Source: Schizosaccharomyces osmophilus (taxonomy: Eukaryota). From it: a stretch of 64,000 nucleotides of DNA. This document shows, piece after piece, positions 27,129-38,042 of this stretch (position 1 is its first letter; every line of letters begins with the position of its first letter). The stretch lies in contig NC_079238.1 in the NCBI RefSeq assembly GCF_027921745.1, forward strand, positions 1,364,001-1,428,000, read 5' to 3'. The translations under genes were made by a program, and so were the position numbers. The notes beneath the pieces were generated by a model. That model ran no database searches. It was not told where the DNA came from and saw only the letters and a program-made list of their open reading frames with translations.

Positions 27129-28604
27129 ATGTCTGGTGTCATTTATTATAAATTTAAATCTCAGAAGGATCCCTCACGGGTGACCTTTGATGGTACTGTA
27201 GGAATGTCGGTTTTTGATGTGAAACGTGAAATTATCCAGCAAAAAAAGTTGGGAAGTGGTCTTGATTTCGATCTTTTGCTATACAATGCCAACACCAATG
27301 AAGAATATGATGACGATACATATATTATTCCCCGATCTACTTCTGTAATTGTGCGACGTGTTCCTGCTCAAAAGTCTGGCAAAGGTACGGCTGCCCGCTA
27401 TGTAAGCGGTGCACCACGTATGACTGGAAACACGAGGCCAGAATTAGCCAAGAAACCGGTACCTATGCTACAAAAAAAGCCCCAGCCAAACACCAATGCA
27501 TCTGGGGATGTATCTGCTACAAAGTCAGCTCCAGGTTCTTCAGAAGAAGCTGCCATTCAAGAGATGTTTCAAGTTTCGAGCGATCAATGGCGTGAGACGC
27601 AGGATAAAATGGCATCTGCTACTCCAATTTACAAACCTAATCAAAGACGGATTGCTGCGTCCGTTCCCGACAAGCCTCCTCCACCTGGCTATATTTGTTA
27701 TAGATGCGGCCTAAAAGGCCATTGGATTCAGGCCTGTCCTACAAATGCCGATCCAAACTATGACGGCAAACCGAGAGTGAAGAGAACAACTGGTATCCCA
27801 CGTTCGTTCCTTAAAAGCATTGATGCCCCTGCCGAAGGAGATACCGCGAATATTATGATAAACGCAGAAGGTGAATATGTGGTTGCACAACCAGATCAAG
27901 CGTCATGGGAGTCCTATCAAGCTCGGAAAGTAGCCTTGACTGCAAACGATGTTTATAAAATGCAGCCCCCCGACTCGTCATTGGCCTGTACCATTTGCAA
28001 AAAGCTGGCTAAAAACGCCCTTCGAACTCCTTGTTGTAACCAATTATTTTGCGAGGAGTGTATACAGACCGCTCTTTTAGACACCGATTTTGAATGTCCT
28101 CACTGTCATGAAAAGGACGTACTACTAGATTCCTTAAAAGCCGATTACCAGGTTCAACGAAAAATAGAATCCGTTGTTAGATCTGTCCTAGGTACCCATA
28201 ATAAAGAAAGCGGAGATTCCAATGCTAGTGTCGATTCTTCCGGTTCTTCCGTCAATGAGAAAAGAAAGCGTGATGATGAGGATGAAGTTAGCAATCCATC
28301 AAAATATAGCGCAAAGTCGTCAGCAAACTATGCAAAGCCATCCGCTCAACCCGCATTTCGACCTGGTATGCCCATGCCTCCTGGTATGCCGCCATTGCCT
28401 CATTTGCAGGGTTTCCCAGCACCATTTCCTCCTTTCATGATGCCTGGTTTTCCTCAAATGCCAATGATGAACAGTAACGAAATGAGCAATAACCCATATG
28501 GTCCTCAGTCTCGCATGAATTACAAAACACCAAATCGGTCTTCTCATTCCCCTACACCTACAAACTCGACAGTTCAAAATAACTCTTCAACGAACATAGC
28601 CTAA
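27129..28604 (+). CDS. mpe1: Cleavage/polyadenylation factor Mpe1/RBBP6 (DWNN, zinc knuckle, RING)
   Basis: IYYKFKSQK, CYRCGLKGHWIQACP, RTTGIP, RING CTIC..PCC..CEEC..CPHC. Confidence 0.95.
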   Translation: MSGVIYYKFKSQKDPSRVTFDGTVGMSVFDVKREIIQQKKLGSGLDFDLLLYNANTNEEYDDDTYIIPRSTSVIVRRVPAQKSGKGTAARYVSGAPRMTGNTRPELAKKPVPMLQKKPQPNTNASGDVSATKSAPGSSEEAAIQEMFQVSSDQWRETQDKMASATPIYKPNQRRIAASVPDKPPPPGYICYRCGLKGHWIQACPTNADPNYDGKPRVKRTTGIPRSFLKSIDAPAEGDTANIMINAEGEYVVAQPDQASWESYQARKVALTANDVYKMQPPDSSLACTICKKLAKNALRTPCCNQLFCEECIQTALLDTDFECPHCHEKDVLLDSLKADYQVQRKIESVVRSVLGTHNKESGDSNASVDSSGSSVNEKRKRDDEDEVSNPSKYSAKSSANYAKPSAQPAFRPGMPMPPGMPPLPHLQGFPAPFPPFMMPGFPQMPMMNSNEMSNNPYGPQSRMNYKTPNRSSHSPTPTNSTVQNNSSTNIA

Positions 28605-29317
28605 TGTCATTACTGTAGTGAAAGCTAAGAAAGCATAGTTAATTGTAACGAACGTTACATGACTCTTGGCCTACAAATGCTTTTCTTGCCGTTAATGGCA
28701 TGTCTTTAAACGGAATATTTGCCCGTCGAATGATGTATCAAATTTTTGGATTCGCATTTCTCTAACTTCTTGGAATTAATTTCTGTAAGTCTAATCATTC
28801 TTTTAATAATTATTTACAATAAAAACTCATTACAGTTTGTTTATATGATGATTCTTTGTTTCCATTGTACCCTTTTCCATAGCTCGAGTTTTACCAATTG
28901 TACGTGGTAACTCTCCTGCTTTCTTTCGTATAGAAAGACACAGCGTTCAATGTAAGGCATGAAAAATAGAAAGGTAGAAATTTAACATTCAATAACTTAG
29001 ACTCCTTATTTTCATTTGCAATATACGATACAGTCTGTAAATATCCTAGACAAAGCTTTGAAAAAGGCCTTCTTATTTATGAAAGCCAACTTAACTTATG
29101 AACATCATTTTGAACTTGTTTTCTGCCCTATAACTTTTTTATTTTATTATAGATTTTTTACTTGCAGGTTCCAGTCGTGAATTGTATAGCTTGGTTACCT
29201 GTTAAGTAGGCCAGTCTTTTGTTTTTGCATGAAGCCGTAACATTCTTTTCACTGAACGATCGTTTTGTTAGAAGATTTAATTTCTAAAGATTTTTTTGAA
29301 GACACTCATTCGCGTTC

Positions 29318-31207
29318 ATGGACACAGCTAATAAGGAAAATAAAGAAAATGTTAGTGCATCAAACTTGGTGAATCCTGTTGCACTACGACCAGTCGCGTT
29401 TCATGTATTTACCAGAAAATATGATTTAAACATTAATCGGGATTCCTTGCAAGAATTAGCTGCGTATGTATCGAAAAGATGTGGCTTGCAATGGCGAAGC
29501 CAGTGTGAACCACTCTTAGATGAAATTGCCAAGACTTGGAAGCGAACGCATGGTAAGTAAGTACGGTACTTGATTATATCCTCTAACGTATCTGCAAGAC
29601 TCGGAACCAATTGTGACAAAACCTCTCTTATCCTCCTTGTTAACCAATTTGACCGTTCCTCATGAAGCACGTACATCTTCGTTTTCTCGGGCGCCAACGC
29701 TCGACTCAACTAATTCACTCTTACGTTCTAGCAGTACTCAAGTTCGAGATACTCTTCGCGAAGACGATTATTTCCGAGTCATTGATGCCTTTCAGCTTCC
29801 GAAGAGAATATATGACTCGAGCCGAAAAATCTTCGTTCCGTCGAAAACTAGTCCAAGCCTGCTGGCTCCAGCTTCTGCTTCTGTGGATATGCTTCACCGT
29901 AGGTTTCACGTAGTATATAGTCGAATTCTCAGAAACGAAAATTTCCAAAACCCATCTTTTAGTGGATCATTTTCCCAAACAAAATCGCATCAAATTACGC
30001 CAATTAGAAATCTTTTAGGAAGATCTGGTGGTGAGTTTTTGCTTTTCGGACTTTTGTCGCTAGCACCTGATGGAAAACTTTGGTTAGAGGATTTGGACAG
30101 TCAAGTACAACTTGATATATCGAAAGCTACCTTTGGGTTTGGTCATTTTTGCGCCGGTTGCTTAGTTTTGGTTAACGGGCAGTTTATGGACTCTGGTGTT
30201 TTCTTGGTTACGGAAGTCGGCCATCCACCTATAGAAAGGAGGGAAACCTCTTTAAAAGCTCTCTCTCAAGTAGATTCCTTTGGATCCCAACTAGACGCTA
30301 ATCAAGTCGCTTTACTCCGTCATGCTGAACAAGCTTATAAAGCGCCTTTTGTTTTCCTCAGCGAAGTCCATCTCGATGATACACGATGTCTACAGGCATT
30401 AGAAAAAGTATTTCAAAAATACGAATACATCGAACTGCTACCTGCTTGTATCATTTTGTGCGGAAGTTTTACATCCACAGCATTTCACAACTCGGGTAGT
30501 TCCTTAGATTATAAAGAGGGATTCAATAAACTAGCTCTTATTTTTGCTAAATTCCCGAAGATTTCAAGAGATTGCAAAGTTATATTCGTTCCTGGTCCTA
30601 ATGATCCTTGGACTACTTACGGTCTTTCGTTGATGCCAAAGCGTGCAATTCCTCTTCATTTTGTTAATCGTGTCCAAAGGATATGCAAAAATGCTATATT
30701 TACTTCTAATCCTTGTAGAATATCTTTCTTTTCCCAGGAGATTGTAATCTATCGTGATGACATTACCGGAAGATTCCAAAGACATGGCTTAAAAGCTTCT
30801 CAAAACGCTAAATCTGACACGCTTCCTCTTGAGGAGCAACAGTTGTATCAAAACAGAAAGGTAATTTCATTGCTCATCATGTTGTTTACTAACTCGTTCA
30901 AGCTCGTGAAGACTATCCTAGATCAGTCGCATTTGTCTCCATTCCACCCTAGAACAAGGCCTGTGCTTTGGGACTTCGATTATTCCTTGAGTACTTTTCC
31001 TTTACCTAATTGTGTAAGTTCCATGGTAGCGTTAACATACTAACGATTTAGTTGGCAATTGTGGATTCCCAAGTTCCATCTTTCAATGTTCACTATGGCG
31101 GTTGTCTAACACTGAATCCGGGACCATTGATACTTGGTCTGCATTACAATTGGCAAGAACTCCATCCAGTTACCAAACAAGTTATCTCGTATCAAGAGCG
31201 TCTTTAA
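29318..31207 (+). CDS. dpb2: DNA polymerase epsilon subunit B (exons 29318-29552, 29599-30860, 30903-31013, 31052-31207)
   Basis: LEDLDSQV, FLSEVHLD, FVPGPNDP, SNPCRI, TILDQSHLSP, V+WD+D motifs; three short introns with branch points. Confidence 0.93.
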
Positions 31208-32025
31208 GTCCTATGGGCCGTAAGGATTCTACACCAAAAAGGTCAATTTCATTATAAATGTAACATCTATGGGTATTTAAGTGGACTTATTTAAGGAAGA
31301 ACTTCAGAGTTGATAGAAAAATATCAGGGATAGTGTATAATATATTAATTAATTTGCATTCATGAATGAAAATGTTTCTCAGTAAATGGATCTATCTGAC
31401 AGCCACTGCGGTGAAAGTAGAAGGCACATGGCACCGTTGATAAAGATTGTCTATTATTTGTAAACCATCCTTCATTCATATTGTGAATGAAATTTCCAAT
31501 CTTCCGAATTCATAATTGGAAGGGTAACTAAGCATTCAACACAGTTGAGCAATTGCAATTTCACTTAATATGGTATACTGGCATCGTGTGTTAATAACAA
31601 TCTCTTTTTGAAACTGCTGTTAGAATTTACTCTCAATCACAAACTGCATAAAGGCCATAGACAAAGAAGCTTTTTTATTCCTAATCCAAACAAATAATGA
31701 AAGTAAGGTACGAGTTATGCAAAGAACATTATAAATTAAAATGTAATAAAATCATATCAACTACGCAGAAAGATAAAACGGATATTAAAATTAAGTAGGA
31801 ACGGCACGGGAAATTAAAATTAGGAGGCAAAACATGAAAACGGGGGCATAAACCATTTAAGACAGATCAGAATGTCTTCCAGTTGAAAAAATCGGAACTA
31901 TTAGAACATGCAGAGAATTCTTAATCAGCAAAAAGCTCTAGTCGTAGGTCCTCTAAGACTAGATATCGATGGTGTAATATTTTGATCGGAAGGAAGAAAG
32001 TAAGCCATGGTCCATTAATATAACA

Positions 32026-32906
32026 TTAAATAAAATTCGGCATGTAAAAAACGTACAGTAAAAGGAACAGGAAAATACCAGCTAAAAGCAGAAGAATAAA
32101 TAATCGCTTCGACAGGAAATACCTAGAATGGGAGGTGGAGGATGAATCCGATTTCGAGAGGTTTTCACTCAGAAATCGACTGTGATGTGTGTGCCAAGAT
32201 TGGCTGTTATCCTTTTGTAACAAATGAGTCTTGGTACTTGGGATATGATTTGGCAAATGTGAGGCGAGCCCACGAGTTGTGGCAGTGGGACTCATACTTT
32301 TCATGTCAGTAGACGCAGCAGCAGGAATAGAAGAAAACTTTGCTGATCGTTTAGGAACAATCTTTGGAGACCAATTGGAAGCACCAAGGGAAGTACCATT
32401 TGAGCTAGTAGCACCATAATGAGAAACATGATTGATTGGCGGTAACATTTCCAACGGAAGATTGCAAGCCTGTAAGGATCTGATAGAATTGGACGGAGAA
32501 TGTTGAGAATCTTCATCATATGGAGAATTCACACTTTCGTATACAAAGTTCTCGCTCTCCTCATCGTTGGAATCTTGGTCAACAGCAGACGCAACTCTCG
32601 CAGCAAACATTGCTGACTTCGAAGTTATGACTGAAACAATTAGTATAAAGTTTATTAAAAGGAATTCGCATCCACCAGCAGTGGTAAAGGCCACCACCTC
32701 AACAGCTAAGCTAGTAAACATGTGGCCTATCACAACATACCATTCGGCACTGAAACCTTTTTCTTCTTGGAGCTATTCTTCTTTGACTTTAAAGCTTCAA
32801 AGGAAGGTTTTTTCGAGCAACTTCCAGATATTTGGACCTGCGAAACGTTCATGACAGTTTCCGTTTCCACGGACATTTGCATTGGTTTCGACTCTGGGAT
32901 TTTCAT
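32026..32906 (-). CDS. vac7: Vac7-like vacuolar membrane protein (exons 32906-32741, 32630-32026)
   Basis: FAARVASAVD..SENFVYE Vac7 motif and a C-terminal TM helix; 110-nt intron GTATGT..CTAAT..CAG; syntenic position. Confidence 0.75.
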
Positions 32907-33056
32907 CTTCACTAAATGAATTGCAATTCCTTTCCTTAATGAAACCTTTAAAGCTCAAAACAAAGGCACAATGGCTCTTGGACGTTTATTTCTAGTTTCT
33001 TCTTGTCATGCGAATGGCACATTACAATCCCTAGGTTCTTGTCACTTGTTGACGCA

Positions 33057-33090
33057 ACCCTACCCTAATACCATATAAGTGCTAGTCACA
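33057..33090 (+). promoter_or_regulatory. HomolE box plus HomolD-like box in the vac7/fta3 divergent promoter
   Basis: ACCCTACCCT at 33057-33066 and TAGTCACA at 33083-33090. Confidence 0.55.
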
Positions 33091-33218
33091 GTCTTTTTCT
33101 ATTTACACACTATATAAACTACCTGCATTCTACCTATTTATTTACGCGATCGATATATCTCAGTGAAGTTTGAGAAGATTCGGTTTTGCTGTGCTGTGAT
33201 TAGCGTGATGTGAGTCGC

Positions 33219-33896
33219 ATGCATCTTCCAACAGAGTTACAAATACAATGCCAACGACTTGTAGGCCTATTGGCAGGGCGGTCAGCAACAACTGAGAAGC
33301 TTGACTCCGAAGCTTCTGACTCTGGAGAAAGGTTTGTCTTGCTACAACGCGAGGATAGGACATATCATTATTGGAAAGAGTTTACAGAATTGCTTCGAAT
33401 ATTGTCGCTTACTGCTACGAAAGATCAAGAAGATGAAGATAAAAGCGCCTTTTTTGACGCTTTTGAAAGTTTGACTACTTTACGATCGTTACAGGAGGAA
33501 TTCTCATCTTCATCTTCTTCTAAACACTCGAAGGCTTACGTTGAGTCGTTACTCCAAAAGCAAAACCATTTTTCTGAGGAAAATTTGCAACTAGAAGAAG
33601 AGATATTGGACCTCAATCAAAATATTCAGAAGGAACGTGTTTTGTTGCAGTCGATTGAGCCGGCATCCCAAGAAGTTGCCGCGAATCTTTTGCAGCATTC
33701 TTCTAAAAATGACGTCTATCGTGATTCTATGGAAAGTACCCATCAAGAACTGAGGATGGAAAAAAGTCGATGGGAAATCTTACGCAACGTTGTTCAAGTG
33801 ATTATCTTGGAATCTGGTTTATCTTTTGCTGACAATGAGCACCTACTTTCCATCATGGAAGAATGTGGGGAGCAAAACTATGATCATACAGTTTAA
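33219..33896 (+). CDS. fta3: Kinetochore CENP-H-like coiled-coil protein Fta3
   Basis: 225-aa coiled-coil ORF with C-terminal RWEILRNVVQVIILESGLSFA, resembling the CENP-H motif; synteny. Confidence 0.78.
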   Translation: MHLPTELQIQCQRLVGLLAGRSATTEKLDSEASDSGERFVLLQREDRTYHYWKEFTELLRILSLTATKDQEDEDKSAFFDAFESLTTLRSLQEEFSSSSSSKHSKAYVESLLQKQNHFSEENLQLEEEILDLNQNIQKERVLLQSIEPASQEVAANLLQHSSKNDVYRDSMESTHQELRMEKSRWEILRNVVQVIILESGLSFADNEHLLSIMEECGEQNYDHTV

Positions 33897-34034
33897 GAAA
33901 AAGTTTTACTGTGAAAGGTATGTTCACCCATTTTTCAAAATATACCCAATGATGGTTTTTATGAATTTCTTCAACGGAGCCCTTCAACTAAAATGTTGGT
34001 TGGTGCGGGACGAGACTTGACATACTGAGGGTAG

Positions 34035-34036
<2 letters not shown>

Positions 34037-34066
<30 letters not shown>
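34037..34066. repeat. Poly(T) tract of about 30 nt between convergent fta3 and nxt3
   Basis: Read directly. Confidence 0.9.
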
Positions 34067-34484
34067 CAAATTGAATTATCTTACTAATCTATGTTTAGCT
34101 AATAGTCCTACAATTTAGATTGTTTTGTTGTTAACAATAAACTTTTTCATTTACATACGAGTCTAAAACAAGGGTATACACATAGGTAAATTAAGGAGTG
34201 TAGTCATAACGGAAAAAGAAGAAAGGTAAGATGTAATAAACAAGATGCTAGGTATATCTTGACAAAATTTACGCAAGATCGAAACCGGTACAGTTCTTTC
34301 AACGCGGGAGAATTCTATAATATGGAGGAGAGGAAATTTGTAAGCAGTGATCAGTCAAGTGAAACGAATCAGGCTAAAAGAAAAGTTCATTAGCTTGATC
34401 GCACTTTCATCGCCGCGTAAAGCAACACACATAAGGAAGTAGCAAAACTAATTGTACAAAGGACTCCAACGTTTTTGTTTTAAA

Positions 34485-35942
34485 TTAAATATTTTGTTTT
34501 TTGGTAGCGTTGTTTTCTTTTGAAGGACCATCATAGCCACCTCTACCAGGGCGGTTGCGGAATTGGCGTCTAGCTCCACCATTGTAGCTATCACCACCCC
34601 GACGATCGTTGGATTTACCTAGTCTGTTGGGTACCACGCGGCGTCTCTCTTCAATGCTTAAGGTGCCATTTTCAGTCTCCACGGAACCCTTAGTCAATGC
34701 TGCCTGAACACAAGCATGGTCGTTAAAATCAACGTAAGCTGTGCCCTTACGACGGGCATATTCAACACTCTTGACGGAACCGAAAATGCCAAGTACTTGT
34801 TTCAGACTGTCCTCGGCAACATCATCTGGGATATTCTTGACGAAAACGGAGGTTTCCAACTGTTTCTCATTCTGGGGTTGTTGAGTAGTCGGCACATTCG
34901 CGGGCTTAATAGTCGAAGTTTGTCGCTGAGGAGAAGGTATACTATCGGCTACAGCAGTTTGAGATTTGGACTCGGGAGCATTACGAGCAATCAAATTTGC
35001 CCATGTTTTTGGAGCCCTGGCGGTAGCAGATGGTGCAGCAGGACTAAGTTGTTTGGGAGCAGCTTCAGCTTCGGATTTATTGAAAACAGGGGCAGCCTGG
35101 GTTGGAGAAGGGGAGGCTACTGAAGGCAAAGGTTCGGGGTTAGGTTGTTGAGGAACTTCTACATTAGCAGGTTCGGGAGAGGCGGTCGAAACAGCAGCCA
35201 AAGGAACTTGAGGATTCTCAGTTTCGGATTTATATGGTTCGGAAGGCAATGATTCATCTTTTGATTCTTGAGGTGTAAAAGAAGGAGCATTGTTGCTGTT
35301 CATGTGAGAGACCTCAGGAGCTTCAGTTTCCTCAACGTCTTCATCTTCAACGTCTTCACGCAAAAAACGGAAAATATCATTTAAAACAAAGTAGCCATTG
35401 GGCTGTTCTGCCAAAAAGAAGGTTTGGGCAAATTTTCTGGAGAGTTTTCCCTTGTTGGACATTTCTCCCAAAACCTGGATGACGATACCTCCATTGCAAG
35501 AAGCTAAGCTGTCAACATTGGAGATAAGGACCTTACAGTTTTGAAAGTCTAAATCCAAAATCTTGTTGTGAATCTCCTATAGCCATGAGTTAGTAAAAAC
35601 TTATCATTCTAAGCAGGACTGGTAACAATACTGGTTGCATTATAGTCACCGACCTTGAGTAACCTATACTTACCTGTTGTCCATGACAAAGATTAATGGC
35701 TTCTCCCTCTTCACCATGAACCAATGTCGACTTCTTGGTATAAAAGCACTAGAAGCATTAGCATAGATCCCGAAACTTTTCAAATCAATCCCTTGGGTGA
35801 CTGATATGACCATTCATTAAAAACTTACATGAAGACGATGGGGTTCCTTATTCAGATAAGTATAGTATTCTTGAACAAACATCCAACCAATTTCATCTTT
35901 TCCTACTACGGGTTCCAATACAGTGGTATTTTCAGCGGTCAT
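34485..35942 (-). CDS. nxt3: G3BP/Bre5-like Ubp3 cofactor Nxt3 (exons 35942-35829, 35748-35674, 35576-34485)
   Basis: NTF2 domain (IGWMFVQEYYTYLN, FAQTFFLAEQPNGYFVLNDIFRF), PKTWA motif, RRM (SVFVKNI, AYVDF) and RGG tail. Confidence 0.93.
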
Positions 35943-36720
35943 TGTAATGAATGTTTTTCCAACGTAAATAAAAGTCTAAAAGTTACTGTATAAATCTACG
36001 AAATACAGGTTCGTCAGAAGAAAGTTTTCTGTGCGTTGTTCAACAAAATTCTGCAAGGGAACTGTCCGGAATTACCGAAGGTCACCGAGCTTTCACCGAA
36101 AAAAAGAAATTACAAAATTGCTTGTTTGCGAAAGGAAAGAATTTCTGTTTACAGAAGGAACAGCTTTGAAAAAGGAGGAGAATCGGTTTATTATTAATGT
36201 CTTAACTACAAATTCATAGTCATTTTTTCAAGTGCTTTGAGCGCATTATACCGTAAACAAATAAGTCATGAACGAAAAGTACAGATGCAAAAAGAGAGAC
36301 AATGGGAAGAGAGCTTTTTTCATGCGATACGGACGTTTTTACTTCTAAAAAAAGGGCTCATAACGTTTAATGAACGAGTTAGTCATTCGGTTGATAGTTA
36401 TCCTTCATTGCACACCATGAGAGAAACTAGAAAACTAACCGATGTTTTTCGTCCTTTACTATTTGCTAACTGTATGTCTTTTCATTTTCTTTCTTCGTAT
36501 ATGCACCGTGCAAATGAGTTAAAATGTCCGTCTTGAGTTGTTCACAGCTGCTGTAGCATACTTGTCCCTCTACCCATCTCTTTGTCAAGAACCATTCTGC
36601 TTCGAAAACAGCCATACTGACAAAAAGTGGTCTCAGAGTCACGAATTTAAGAGGAGAAGTGCTTTTGTTTTTTTTGGCTCAAAGAACCTGCCGCAAAACA
36701 TACTTTGAGAAATTTTCATA

Positions 36721-37478
36721 ATGGCAAAACTTGCATCGCCGAATGGGGCATCCGCTCTATCTCGCGTTAGTCAAAATGAAATAAAGAATAAAAATAAAAA
36801 CTCATTTAAAGCCAAGGAGATAGCTTCTCACCAAGAGGATCCTGAATCTGACTCTGATGAAGCACCCGAAGAGGTTTCCGTCAAGAGTAGTTCTTTGGAA
36901 GCAAAGGAGCAGTTGAGACAACTGCATGAACATGAGAGAAGGTACTGAAATCGCGCAAGGTTTTTTGGCATCTTTTGCGGTTGCGAGTGAGCGTTGAGAA
37001 ACGAGCCAATGCTTGGTTTTCAACATGCAACATTGACTAACATATCCTGTTTAGATTACGAGAAAATGCAAAAGAAAAGCGAAGAATCGCCAACGATAGA
37101 AATCGCGAACGAAACGCAACTGTACAAGAAGCACAAAAGCTAGATCTTTCTATTTTAGAGGATGCTGCTAAGGAAGAAGAAGCAAGAGAAGAGGAAGGTG
37201 AGTTAGATGAGGAAGATGATGATATGGAAAGCTTGAAGCATATCCCAATGAACAACAAGATTTTGTTTCCAACTGAGGAGGCTCCTCAAAAAAAGCGCAA
37301 AAACAAAGTTGTAAAGAAGGGTGATTTTAGAGTTTCCGTCTTGGATACCTCCAAGAAGGATCATTTAGCTCCTGGATCCGATGCAAGGTTATCTCAAAAG
37401 AAACGTTCTTGGCTTCAGCGTCAAGTCGTTCCCCGTCAAAACAAACGTCGTAAACCTCTTACTGCTGGCTCTTTGTAA
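36721..37478 (+). CDS. utp16: U3 snoRNP-associated Utp16/Bud21-like protein (exons 36721-36941, 37055-37478)
   Basis: ESDSDEAPEEV motif, charged low-complexity body, basic C-terminus. The intron has a GACTAAC branch and TAG acceptor but an atypical GTACTG donor. Naming rests partly on synteny. Confidence 0.65.
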
Positions 37479-38042
37479 TGCGTTTTTTGAGGTACTTCGA
37501 AAACTCGCCTTCTATTTTGTTGTTCATATAAAAAAAAGATATATCGTTGGCTCGTCTTTATTCCCATGCTTTACGCGGTCGTCGACACGTAAACAATGAA
37601 GCAATAACTTTTTAGCGGTTTTTTTTTAAAAAAAAAAAAAATTTTGATAAAAAAAGGAAGAAAAGGGAGAACTGGTTTCTTGGTTTAGAAAGGACATTAC
37701 GACTCTTAATTAGTAATTTATTTCTGGGTAATTTCTTTTATTAATCTTTTTGTTTGTATTGTATCTAGAAAAGTAGAATTTGCTATCTTTTTGTAGGATG
37801 GAATGAGTTTGTAACATTAACCAATGCTTTTCAGAATTTTTAAAAAGTGAGAACTTGTTCAACATACCTTTTCATTAATATAGAAGAAAGTAAAAATTAT
37901 ATATAGTTTTCTACAACAGAAAAGCTTCAAAGAATGCATTTAGGGCTTCTCCCTATATCTCCTAAATGGGGGTGCGAGAGCGAAATCACTACCAAGTACA
38001 TTTTTCCAACCAAGACTTAGGTTAAGCGTCTTTCTAATTGCC

